DNA from: Cercozoa sp. M6MM
Lineage: Eukaryota > Protista > Endomyxa: Ascetosporea
Assembly: GCA_040357565.1 (NCBI GenBank)
Contig: JBDODJ010000059.1
Strand: one strand, 5' to 3'
Length of the DNA: 64,000 bases
Shown here: positions 35,896 to 48,352 of the stretch, piece after piece
Layout of the letters: each line of letters begins with the position of its first letter
Position numbering within the stretch: the stretch's first letter is position 1
The notes under the pieces: generated by a model
What the model saw: the letters and a program-made list of their open reading frames with translations, nothing else
Told to the model about the DNA's origin: nothing
Databases searched by the model: none
Translations under genes and position numbers: made by a program

Positions 35896-38800
35896 CTAGC
35901 AGTCGTTCACAAAGGGCGCCAGGAGCGCGAACTCGGGCGCGACCTTAGCCTTCTCCTGCGCCTCCTGCGACAACGCGACGAGCGTCTTCTTTGCCTCTGC
36001 ATACACACACACATGCGCACATATTACAATACGTTGCTGCTGAATGTCTCCTCTGTGAATAGCAGCACCAGTGATGTTGGCCTCCAAGGCACCGTCAATC
36101 TCCTGCTGCTGCTTGTGCAGTGCTTCGAACTGCAGGGCCACAAGTGAATGCGCGAGTTTCCCCCTGAGTCTCACTCCCTAAAATTAGAGATACCTGATCG
36201 AGAGAGTTCTCAGTGTCGGCGGCACCGTTGGACAGGAACTGCACAGCCATCTCGGCGCGCATTTTCGACAGCTGCACGAGTTCAAGCTGTGCCGCTTGCA
36301 CCTTGGCCTGCGGGGGAGGGGGTTAAAGTATCGAGAGGTAACACAGAAGCGACATACCACAAAGGCATCGGTGTCTACACGAATACTCACAGCGTTCGCA
36401 GCGTCCAACATGAGTCTCTGCATGCATGGGACGGAGGGGTAAGATATATATATATATAGATATACAGATAGATAGATATACATAGATAGATAGATAGAAG
36501 GGTAAAACGCCTACCTGCAGCTCAGCTTCGGCCTTGCTGAGATCGAGTTTGAGGTGCTGAATTGACGGCGCGTGCGCAAAGCCGAGCATTTGCTGCACCA
36601 TCAACGGCGTGTTCTTCAGCATCTCTGTGGGGGGGGGTAAACGAGGTAGACGAGGGGTACAAACTAAATACCAATGTGCGCCGGAATGAGCGACTTGCAC
36701 GAGAAGTCGCGCTTCTCCTGTCACGTGAACATAGGGGGCGGGGGGCCGGGTAAAGGTGCAACAGGGTCAGGGTCAAGGCAAGCTCTACAGCACGCGCGCG
36801 GAAGTCATCCTCCAGTTGGCGCAGCGGCAGACACACCCACTTCAGCGCCGCGTCCAGGCGGTTCGAGGCTACGTTTTTTCAAGAGTGATGGGAATGGCGA
36901 AAGGTGGCTCGGGTATAAACACTTACCCATATACAGGTGCGCCACTACGACTCGCAGCGACAACGACAGTTCGAACTTGATCTCCTCCTGTTCAGTCAGA
37001 GGGTATGAGGGAGTAGGGTAGGGATGGGGGGGGTAGGAAGGAAGGGGGCAATACCGGCTCACACACGAGCACGAGCCACTCGAGTGCCCTCACGCGCTCG
37101 GAGTCCGACGCGCCCTCACGCAGCGGGTCACAGCTCCTGCACGAAGAAACGCCAGGCAGGACCATTAAAAACAACAACAAGACACACAAAACAACAAGAA
37201 ACAACGCACGCCAGAATCACGTCCTTCTTGGCGCGCACCTTTTCGGCGAACTTCGTCAGTGTCGGCAGCGGCAGTCTGTGCACCAACAACGTGAAAGTAC
37301 AACTTGAAACAGCAACTGATAGAACAAGCTACTGATGCGCAATCAGCGGCACTTGCGGCAGATCGGGCATGCCGACAAAGTCCGTGAGAATCTACCCAGG
37401 AGGGTTGGGTTAAGGTGGTGTGCCAAGGGGGGGGGGTAAAGCCTATCACTACCACCTGCGCCAGACGCTTCGTGAGCGCCGTCAGCGGCGAGTCCGTCGT
37501 GCACACCTCGGCCATGTCGGCGACCACCTTGTCCATGGCCAGCTCCATCGTCGGCTCCGGCTTGGTCACTACCAACTCTCAGATTGCAAAGGTTAAGGGG
37601 GAGGGGAGAGGTAACACTACCAGCAGGCATGCAGACCGGCGACGACGACACCTGCGGCGTGTGTTGGATTGCCGGAGTGTCCTATGGGGGAGGAGTAAGG
37701 ACAACCAACAAGAGAGGGGGATAAGCCTACCTCGGGTGCCGGGAAAATCGGTGCCGAATCGGCCGCCGGCGTCTCCAGAGCAGCTGTCGGGATGGAGGAG
37801 AGTAGGGAAGGATAGGGGAGGGGGGGGGGTGAAAGCACGAAAGGCAAAGAACATACCACGCTGCTCGCGAGCGAAACGACGACGCAGCTTCAATGCCGCC
37901 TGCTCGGCCTCGCGTGCCTTTATGCAGGGGACATGTTGGGAGTGCAAAGAGACAGGAGCAAGGGACACAGGATAAAGGTACACGCTGCGGGTCGCACAGG
38001 TAGATAGCGACCTCGACATGGCCCTCTTGCTCGGCACGCTGCGCAGGCTTCACGCGCAGGTCCGCCGGCGCCGGGTCTGCACCTGCCTCGACCATCTGTC
38101 AAAGAGGAAGCAGTCCTAACCAACTCGAGCACACACATATCCTGGAGAAGTTTTACCAGTTTAACCGCAGGCAGGTCACCGCGAGCCGCCTTGATGTAGC
38201 TGTTAAAGAGATTAGGTAAGGTACGAGACAAGAGTACATCAGGGGGGGGGGGGGGGGAAAAAGCTACATGGCCGGGTTGTTGTTGCGGTTGCGCTTGTTC
38301 AAAAACAGCAGGAACTGCTCGGCTGATCTGCAACACAACAGAGTCAACAGGGGGAGGGGGAAGGGGGTAAGCGATGCAAAAGCTGCATACCCAGCAGTGT
38401 CGAGCGCCCTCTGCAGCACGGCAGCAAAGGCCTTGCCGCTCGTCAGGTGCTACGTCACAACCCTCTTGTATTTCACCCTCTCGGCCTCAGGGACAAGGTG
38501 TACCAGCGAGGACCAGTCGTCGTAGTCGGAAACGAAAACGCTCGAGCCACGCTGCAAGAAGAAATCGACCAGCGCGTCGTTCTGCTTGTTTCCTGCCGCC
38601 AGCAGCGGCGTCATGCCGTCGCGGAAGCTGCATCATGCCATCCATCATCCATCAGCAAACTGGAGAAAGAGGGGGAGGGGGAGAACTACTAATGACGCGA
38701 CTCCATCAGTTTCGGCTCCTCTTCAAGCAACCTGCGTGCGTCGTATGAAGAGCAAAGGAATCCTAAGTGGAAGAACACAAAAACTCGAGCGTACTGTCCA

Positions 38801-41800
38801 ATGCGCTCCGTGTCGACGCGTTCGACGGCAGCGAACAGTGCCTGCAGACGCTCTTGCGGGTCGTACCACAACTCGAGGTTCTGCCGCGCCAGCGCCGTCT
38901 CCTTGTCGCGCTCCTCGCGGTGCAACAGGTACTCCTGCGAACGGGGGGAGGGGGAGGGTGAGGTAAGCAAAGTAATAGACAAGCAATAGATAAGGTGATA
39001 GAAGGCAATAGACAAGGTAACAGACAAGGTAATGGACAAGGTAATAGACAAGGTAAAAGACAAGGCATTGTAATAGACAAGGTAATAGACAAGGCAATAG
39101 ACAAGGCAAAGAGTACGACAACACGCGCGTGGTTGCGCATCTGCGCCAACTTGAGCGCCGTGTCGTCGTCGTTATCGGCCTGCACAACACAGCTATCAGA
39201 CAGGCGTGTGCTTTGGATCGAGAAACGGCCCCGACCTGATCGAGATCGACGCCGATCACTTCGACGAGGAACTTGACACTGCGCAGGTTGCCCTGCCACA
39301 CCAGACATTAGTCAACGAGGAGATTGATGTGAGGCAGGGAGGCAGGGAGGCTGGGGTAAAGGTTACATTGAGTGCCGACAGCAGCAGCGGAGTCATTCCG
39401 CCGTTCGCGCGAGTCGTGTACAGATCAAGCACTACCCGGACAAGAGGGTCAACAGCAAGGCTCAAAACATAACACCAAAGCATAACACTAGGTAAAGCCA
39501 CCTTCCTGAGCGCTCTTGCTGTTCGTGATGGCTTGGCGGAACATCACGTCGCTGTGCAGGGTAACCAGGTATGGGTGGGCAAACCCAACGGGGCAAGGTC
39601 AGGGTATACCTGTGGGGCAAGATGTGCAGCGGCGTCATGCCGTTCTTGTCAGCATACGTGAGCGAAGCACCCAGCGACAGCAGGCAGTTCAGCACGCGGT
39701 CAGTCTGAGACACAGGAGAGCCGAGTGACACTAACTAAGCCACATGCACAAGACAGGCTACCTGTTCGGCAGAGCCCTTGATGATGCCCCAGATCATCGG
39801 CGTTGGTCCCGACTCCACCTGTATCCAGAGAGGTAAAACACAAACAGGTGGGGAAACGTACAGCTGTACCTCGGTGCTGTGCGCCTTCAGGAGCTCAGGC
39901 TTGCGCGTCACGAGGCGCTCAACCGTCGCAACGTCGCCTTCCTCGATAGCCTTGAAGAGCGAGGCACTGCCCACACGGATAGAGAGGGGTGAGGGAAGCT
40001 ACAGGGGCTTGAGATAGGGAAGGGTACATCATGGTCTCGATGTCCATCTCGCCAGCCGGCATAACATCCTCGCCGAGCGCCTCCTTCACCAGGGAGTTGC
40101 TGTGCAGCACGACAGTCCAACAATCACACATTCGCATACCCAAGCAGCAAAGCCTACCGCGAGTAGCGCAAGCGTTCCTGCACGTGGCGGCACAGCTCCG
40201 ACGTCAGCAGCGTGTTCTTATTGATCGCGTCGATGCACTCGCTCTCGTTCTCCAGTGTGAAATTCTTCTGCCGCAAGGAGGGGGGGGGGGTTAAAAGTAC
40301 TAAAGAAGGTCAAGGGTAAGGGGTACAACCTACCCCCTCATCATTGACAACGAGCGCGCAGCGAATGACCACCGTGCCTTCGCCTTCGCCCTCACCTTCG
40401 CCTTCGCCCTCGCCCTCGCCTTCGCCTTCGCCTTCCTGCTCACCCTCACACTCGTCACCCTCGACAGGGGCCGGTGCCGACTCGGCCGCGTTCAACTGTA
40501 GCCACAACATGCAACATTGTCTTTGCAACATTGTTGAGTCCATCTTTGGCTGAACTACCTCGTACTCCTCGCGACCGCCCTTGGCCGCGATGCGCGCCGC
40601 AATCTCCTCGCGACGCTTCTGCTGCTGCTCGCTGCGGAAGGGGAAGAGTAAAGAACGGGAGAACCAAGGGCAAAGAGAGCAGTCAAGAGGTCAGTCAAGA
40701 GGGCAGGCAGTACTCAGTGGCCGCCTCCAGCAGAGCAATCACGTTGGAATGATTGCGCTCCTGTTTATTGACACGGTACAGTTGGGACGGTACCAACGGT
40801 ACACTTCAGTTGCACGTGATGTACCTTGGCCGCATCAAGAGGCGACGTGCGCAGGTCGTTGGGCGAGAAGACGGCGCCGTACTCCAGCAGCGTCTGCACC
40901 AGCGGCACGTTGCCATTGTATGCCGCAATGAAGATGGCCTGTGGCACATAGGTTACATAGCAGGGTACAGCAGGATACAGGGTACAACAGGATACAAGGG
41001 GGTAAGGTATCACAAAGCATACCGGGTTGTTGCGGTTGTCACGCGCATCCAGCAGCGCGAAGAACTCGGACGGCGTGCGGCACTGCAGAATGGCCGCCTC
41101 CAGCACCAGCGTCAGTGCCGAGGCATCCTGTGCCATGTGCACCGCCGTCCAGCTGCGATCACAGAGGGATACACCGGGGGAGAGGCTTAAACACACGACG
41201 TACTCATCACTGTCGCGAAGCGGTTCGCCGGCATGCGAGCCCGGAACGTCCCAGTGCGGGTGAACCACACGAGCGCCCTGTGCACCAAGGAACGAAGTGA
41301 CGGATCTCCCTCCCTTTGTCTGCACAAAGGTACCAGCGACAGAAGCAGGGCGGCGGACTCGTGCTTTTGACGGTGCAGCGACTACAAGGGACCATGTCAC
41401 AATGACCACGTCACAATGAATTTAATCCCCTGGTCAAACACAGGTAGGCGTACCGCCAGCAGAGCCGTCATGTAGTCGTTCGCAATGTTACGCGTCTCCA
41501 GCATTCCCGGCTGCTGCAGCAGCATGGTCTTGACGCCCTACATATAGACATACTGATACGATACAAAGGACACAAGATGTATGTCGCAGTTAGACATGTG
41601 CAAGACTGTACAGCAAGGTCCTCCGCGTCCACGGCGTGGAAGAAGCGCGGCGTCATGCCGTGGTAAAAGTCAGACACCTTTGAAACCAAGGAGAGCTAAC
41701 AGAGAGCGGAACAGGGAACAGACACAGCAGAGGAGGCTACGTAATCGCAGGCCAGGCGTCGATCGAGACGGCGCGCCGCCTTGTGCGACAGGTAGCGCAT

Positions 41801-42900
41801 GACCTCCATGTGACCCTGCGCACGCGCCAGCATCAGCGGCGTGTCGCCGTCCTCGTCGGCCAACTCCGGATCAGCGCCGCAGATCTAGCATGCACAATTC
41901 GCGTCGTTCTTCCATCAAACGCGGGATCGAAATGTTTACCTCAACCAGGTGACGAACAAACCGAATGTTGCCGCTGTTCGCACTCAACATCAGCGCCTGC
42001 AGAATAGAATCGAAGTGAGAGCAAGCCAAAAAGGCAAAGAGAAGCGCACCGTGGCCGAGCGGAGCGTGCGAGCCGACACGAAGCGCTGCACTTCGCTCGA
42101 GTTCTCGGCACGAAGCACGGCGTATTTGAACACCTGGGAAGCAAGGATACAAAGCACGCCAACTCAGCGAAATAAAGACTCGGTTACATTGTAAATCGAC
42201 GGACGCATATGCAATGCCGTGCGACCCTAAAGCAAGCAAATCGCGTCCATTCAGCACTCATTTCAGACAGGCTTGAGAAAATTTGCAAAAGCAACGCTAC
42301 GCCAGCATCAGTCGCCAACGCCGAGCAACCGGCTCGCAGGAGCCGTGCCACAGGGTTCGACACATTGCGGCGGTTGTGGGTGCGGATGTACCACAGCACA
42401 GGCGGGTCACGCCTTCAGACAATAAATCAGCAGCATCCCAGCGGACCGCACAAATGCAAGAAACGCTAAACAAAAAGAGAGGAAAGATACGTGGGCACGT
42501 CCTCATTCACCGCGTTGACCAGGTGCGGGAACTCCTTGAACAGCTGTTCGGCCTCATCCAACTGAAGGGCGATCAGGGTAATTAATGTTTAGAAACAGAC
42601 AGCAGCGTCCAACAGAGCAATTGTACCTTGTCCGTCTCAAGGAACTTGAACAGCCTGTCAGAGCAATTCAAAACAATTCAAAAAACGATCAAAACGGCGG
42701 ACACCCGCAAAAATTGAACTCGCAAAAATTGAAGAACGCGCATTTCGCATTTATTTCCGAAAAAGCGCGCGAAGTACCGCTTCTTAGGCTCGAGCGCAGC
42801 GTAATCGATCGATTCGGTGTTCTCCTGCCAGAAAAGCGTATTTGCAGTGTATTAAAGCGACTTACACGGTAGAAAATCACAAAGCGCCCAGGTCATACCA
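35896..42900 (-). CDS. Large ankyrin-repeat protein with C-terminal helical/coiled-coil region (start uncertain; may be two genes)
   Basis: Ankyrin motifs GADPELADEDGDTPLMLA, WTAVHMA, AIFIAAYNGNVPLVQTLLEYGA, LFKAIEEGDVATVERLV, GPTPMIWGIIKG, ADKNGMTPLHIL and GGMTPLLLSALN. In-frame splicing continues to TAG at 35896. Confidence 0.8.
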
Positions 42901-43363
42901 TTTCAGAACTTCAGCCCTTGACTCTTCTAACAACTTAAGGCGTCAGGCACAGAGAATACACTCACGTGATTCTATTGCACCCACAAAGCAACCCAAACAA
43001 CAGTGACGACTGGTAGAATTTTTTCCGAGGTTTTTGGAAAACTAGAAGAAAGCTGGAGCACCGATTGATTGGTTCGAGTCGGATGACTGATGATGATGAC
43101 TGCACCTCTCGGCTCTGAGGGTGCAACTGGACGGCCTCGTAGATGCACGTGAGCCTGAACGTCTAGACCTGCACAGTCGGCGACACCGCGATCCCCCATC
43201 AGTGATCGCTGATCTATCGTATCTTGCTGAGGCTCAGATTATGCAGTTCCCAGCTGGTCTCCTACCATCGACGTCTATCAATTGACTCGCTTCGTCTAAT
43301 TGACGACTTCTTTTATTTGTTCTTTTCACTGACAACAACGCAAGGTGCAAGTCAGCAGTCGAA

Positions 43364-44537
43364 CTAGCGATCGTTTTTGCAGTCGTGATCGTCACCTTCC
43401 ACCTCAAGTTGCTCGACAGTCGGCATGGCCTCGTTGGCGTGGTCGGCCTGTCACAAACACACAGACTCCGATCGAGACAGACTCCGATCCAGGGTGAGGC
43501 CAGAACTACGGTGCGCGCCGCGGAGAAGGTGTCGATACTGCGCTGCATGGCCTCCTTGCCGAGGTGCAGGATGCCGACCGGCAGTCGGCCACTCGGCGTG
43601 AGTTGCTTGAGTCGCACGATGACGTCGTTCTCTTGTCGCAGCATCTGCAGGTGTGCAAGGGTACAGGCACAACAGGTACAGGCACAACAGGTACAGGCAC
43701 AGGCAGGTACAGTGCAGTGCAAGAGAGGAGTGCAGAAGGCACCTTGTAGATACGCATCATGCGCGTGATGGACTGCACCTTCTGCTTGAGCACGCCACCG
43801 CGCTCGCGAATGACCGAGCTGCGGCCGGTCGGCAGCACGGGCACAGTCCGCGCGGACGCCTCGCGCGGACTCTCGCGCGGACTGCGCTTGCGCACGAGCT
43901 GCACGAGCATGTCGGTGACCTTCTCGGCCACGAAGGGCAGCGACCACTCGAACACCGACATGAAGTTCGGCAGGTAGTAGGGATGCGGCGACCAGTTGAA
44001 CTGCCGGATGTTCAGCATGTCCTCGTCGATACGCAGACACGCGCCCTTGTTCTTGTAGGCGTCGCAGTAGTTCGGCGCCGAGAATATCGTGATCACGCGC
44101 GGCACGCCCTTGCGCGTCTTCTGCGCCATCTTGTAGCCCTCGTACTGCGCCTCGTGCGCGCGGATCACGCAGGTCAGACGGTTGCGCCGCAGGAAGGCCG
44201 ACGTCGCATCGGCGCCGAACACGTACGAGCACTGCCGCGTTTCGTTGTAGCTGAACCACGGTGAGGCTGCAGATATCCGTATCTCTTTATACCCATGTCT
44301 AGAATGGTACATACATGTACATACAAATGTACATACAGAGAGATCAGCGATATAGATTCAGATAGATAGATAGGTAGATAGATAGATAGATTGATTGATT
44401 GATTGATGGATAGATAGAAAGATAGATATATAGAAAGATAGTTAGATAGATAGATAGCTAGATAGATATGGATAGATAGATAGATATAGATAGATAGATA
44501 CAGATAGAGATAGATAGAGATAGATAGAGATAGATAG

Positions 44538-44570
<33 letters not shown>

Positions 44571-44645
44571 TAGAGATAGATAGAGAGACAGATAGATAGA
44601 TAGATAGATAGATAGAGATAGATAGATATATACATATATATAGAC

Positions 44646-44682
<37 letters not shown>

Positions 44683-45720
44683 TAGAGATAGATAGAGAGA
44701 CAGATAGATAGATAGATAGACAGATACAGAGTGGCAACTACCCTGGTCAGCATTGATATTATAGTCATCGTCATCATCCATCGGATTCGTCGGGTCGGGC
44801 TCGTGCACCGGGTCGGCCCACAGGAGGTCGCAGAAGGCGCCAGACTTGGGCACTTCCTTGCCACGCTCGATCTTGTCTGTGCCCGTCCAGAGATACCATA
44901 GGTATAGACGAAAGACACAGCGAGCGTACCGATATCATCGAGTGTGGCTACGTCGGGCGACAGACCGCCATGCACGCAGAGGAACTTGTTGTTCACCTGG
45001 GGTTAAGGGGGAGGGGAGGGTAAGAGAGGGTAAGGAAACAGGGCAGTGCTACAGTGGCAGCGAGCGGCAGGTAGTCGAAGGCCTGCATGATGGCCTCGTA
45101 GACGTCGTAGTTGTACTTGTAGATGCACTCGTCGCGAAAGTTGAAGTACGTCGTGAGGTGGCGACACTCGTGATTGCCACGCAGCATATGGAAGGTCTCC
45201 GGGTAGCAGATCTTGAAGGCGAACAGGTAGAACACGACCTCGGTGCTGAAGCAGCCGCGATCCACGTAGTCGCCCAGGAACAGGTAGTTCGTCGAGGCCG
45301 GGTCGCCGCCTGCCTCCAGCAGTCGCACCAGGTCAAAGAACTGTCCATGCACGTCACCGCACACTGTGATCGGGTCACTCAGTCGCAGCAGATTCGGCTC
45401 CGCGCGGAACAGCCTCTTGGCCGCCGTCACCAGTCGCATTGCCTGGTCGTGTGACAGACGACCCTCGGCGTACAGCTGTTTGAACAGCACGCGCAAGTCT
45501 GGTCTCCCCTGCGCTCCCTCGGGGAACAGCTCCTGTCCCCAGACCATTCAAGTCATCCACACAGTCCAGAAGCCATGCTAACCACACGTATATCTGCTCT
45601 GGGCAAGCTATCAAATACCTCGTCCAGCGGAGCAAACCGCGGCGGCGCCGTCACATCCCCACGCACGCGGTCGTCGGCAAACTCAGACAGCGGCGGTCGA
45701 GGCTCACTTGAGCCCTGCAT
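43364..45720 (-). CDS. CNA: Calcineurin catalytic subunit A (Ser/Thr phosphatase 2B)
   Basis: VCGDVHGQFFDL, FLGDYVDRG, LRGNHECRHLTTYFNF, CVHGGLSP, CDLLWADP, IRAHEAQYEGY, ITIFSAPNYCDAYKNKGA, SPHPYYLPNFMSVFEWSLPFVAEKV, CaM-binding LKQKVQSITRMMRIYKMLR and autoinhibitory-like FSAART|ADHANEAMP. Confidence 0.97.
44350..44730. repeat. Intronic (GATA)n microsatellite in calcineurin A
   Basis: Directly visible. Confidence 0.95.
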
Positions 45721-45988
45721 TTCCTGCGTGACAAAGCCTTCACCCAGAAGCACACAATGCCTTTTTGCCTCCTCAGTCGACTTGCAAAAAGCCCCGCGTC
45801 TGAAAAGGCGACAGAAACACGCCTGTCTTCAGCTGCCTTGACACACTCTGTGATCAAACAGTGACACACCCAGTGGCACTGTACAGCTCTGACGTTTTTT
45901 GCACAAAACGGAGCGCTGGCTTCCGATATTTCTTAATATTGTCTCAAAGGTGCTGATCCTGCCTCGATTTCTCGAAGTGTGCTGCGAG
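45721..45988. promoter_or_regulatory. Compact bidirectional promoter region (calcineurin A / RRS1)
   Basis: 268 bp lie between the divergent start codons. This call rests on gene geometry only. Confidence 0.55.
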
Positions 45989-47692
45989 ATGTCGGGTGTT
46001 CGTACGCTCGAGGAGATTCTGGGCGCTGGTGCGCAGCAAAGCGGTGGCCCAGACGCTGCCGCGGACGCGCTGGAATTTGATTTGGGTCATCTGTGTGCCA
46101 TCGATGCGCGAGCCTTCGAAGGTGTCTCCTCCCTCCTTTGGCTGTCTTTCTGACTTAAGCGTGACTTAAACATTGTGTGTATGTGTGTTTGATAGAGCGG
46201 CCAGACGAGGAGACGCTGCGGGCACGAGCGTGTCAGAACATGCAGGCGCTGGTGCAGTCGCTGCTGCAGCTGCCGTCGGAGGCGTCGGAGCATGGCGCCG
46301 GCCGCGTGTGCATGCTGCCGACGCCGCTGGCCAAGCTGCCGCGTGAGAAGCCGTGTCCCACGTAGCATATACTTGTATATATATTTATATATCTATTCTA
46401 TATATGTTATATACATATTTAGATAATTGTATGTATTTATATGTTTGTCTGTTTGTATGTATTTATATACTTGTATATGTATTTATATACTTGTATGTTT
46501 ATTTAGATATTTGTATATTTATTTATATACTTGTATATTTATTTAGATATTTGTATATTTATTTATATATTTATTTATATACTTGTATATGTATTTATAT
46601 ATTTATTTATATATTTATATATTTATTTATATATCGAATTAAATATAATATTGTGAATGTAAAGTGGCAAGGCTGCGACTCCATGGGAAGAGTTCGCACG
46701 CCGCAAGGGCATCCAGAAGAAGAAGCGCTCGCAGAAGGTGTTCGACGAGAGCACGCAGGAGTGGGTGCCGCGCTGGGGTTATGGACGTGCCGGCCAGGTC
46801 GAGGACCACGTTGTCGAGCACGCCGAGAACGAGGCGCCGCTGCCCGAGGGCGCGCGCGACGTTTTCGAGGCGCGCGCGCTCAAGAAGGCCGAGCTCAAGC
46901 AGCGTAACCGACAGCAGCGACAGGACGTACCCTCTCTTTTCTCTAAATATATATATATATAATGTGTATATACTTTATATTATATATCTATGTATATATA
47001 CTAGATTTACTAGATATATTTATACTATATATCTATGTATATCTAAACTGCATGAATATATCCATACTGTATATCTACTGTATATATTTATATTCATGTT
47101 TCTATATCTATATATTTATATGTATATATAGATATATATGTATATATATATATATAGATATACTAGATATATTTATACTATATATACTAGATACTATCCT
47201 ATAGACTTACTCCGTATGGGTATGCACAGAACCTCGAGCGAGCAGGCGGCAAGAACGCGCTGCCGGGCGAGTTCGACGTCGCCAGTGCCATCAATCGCGT
47301 GCACGGCGACCGGCCCAACAAGAAGCGCCGCAAGCACTCGCACCTCGACGCGTCGCTGCGCATCGCACAGCACGCCACTGCCTCCATGGTGAGTCCTGCC
47401 CCCCATATACCTGTTGTACATATGTTTTTTATTTTTAGTTTATATATTATATATATACTTTTTTTATTTATATATATATATATATATATTTTAAAATTTA
47501 TATATCTATTTATTTATTTATATATAGGGCAAGTTCGACAAGCGCGCGCGTGACGAGTCGCAGCGCCGAGCGCACGCAAGCAGGCGTTCGCGCGGCCAGC
47601 GGCAGCCCGGCGCCAAGGGCGGCCGCTCGCAGGGCGCCATCGTGCAGCAGCTCCTCAAGCGCGACTCTATGCGCCGCGAGGCGCAGATCTGA
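45989..47692 (+). CDS. RRS1: Ribosome biogenesis regulatory protein Rrs1
   Basis: LEFDLGHLCAID, LPTPLAKLPREKP, TPWEEFARRKGIQKKKRSQKVFDESTQEWVPRWGY and AQHATASM|GKFDK; 5 exons. Confidence 0.95.
46365..47527. repeat. Three AT-rich (TA/TATT)n-filled introns of RRS1
   Basis: Near-pure AT low-complexity tracts lie between very GC-rich exons. Confidence 0.9.
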
Positions 47693-48352
47693 TTCTCGTT
47701 TCGCCTGATTTCTAGTCTTCTCGGTCCGCCTGTCGTTGGTCATGATTAACTGCGGAATTAGCGTGGCACGTGACCAGAATCGTAAATTTTTCTAGTTGGG
47801 ACCAGGATAGGCAGAGATAGGATTGACATTGGACTGGTGTAGAATGGCGTGGGACTAGCATAGGACTGGTGGACAAGACAGTCAATCTGAGGGCAAATAA
47901 GGACGCGAAACTAGGGGATGGAGGAGGGCCGGGCACTTCCAGGAAGACTGCAGAAGACAATATACTAGGATGGCAAGGCAAAAAGTCAATTATCGACATG
48001 ATATTTGAGCTTACCCTTTAGCTGAAGAGTGTCGACAGTCACGCATGCCGTGCGAGCACGCCAGTAGACGAACGACTCGACGTCTAGAACGACTAAGTTA
48101 AGTTGACGACAAGTTCAAAACTTCATCCATTGTCTAAATCTGTAAATGAACTGAAGTCGAGGTGTTTGCTCGGCCCCAGACTCGCGTTCCGCTCAGAGAG
48201 ACCGCGCTTTGTGAGCCATGAGCTGCAGGCGAAGACAGTGCGGGTATGTCGATATCGCATCATCGCATGTTGTGCGCGAATATTAGTTGGGAAATCGAAT
48301 GGCGAACAAAAAGACAATGATACTGCATTATGTAACAGTTTTTGAATCACAC

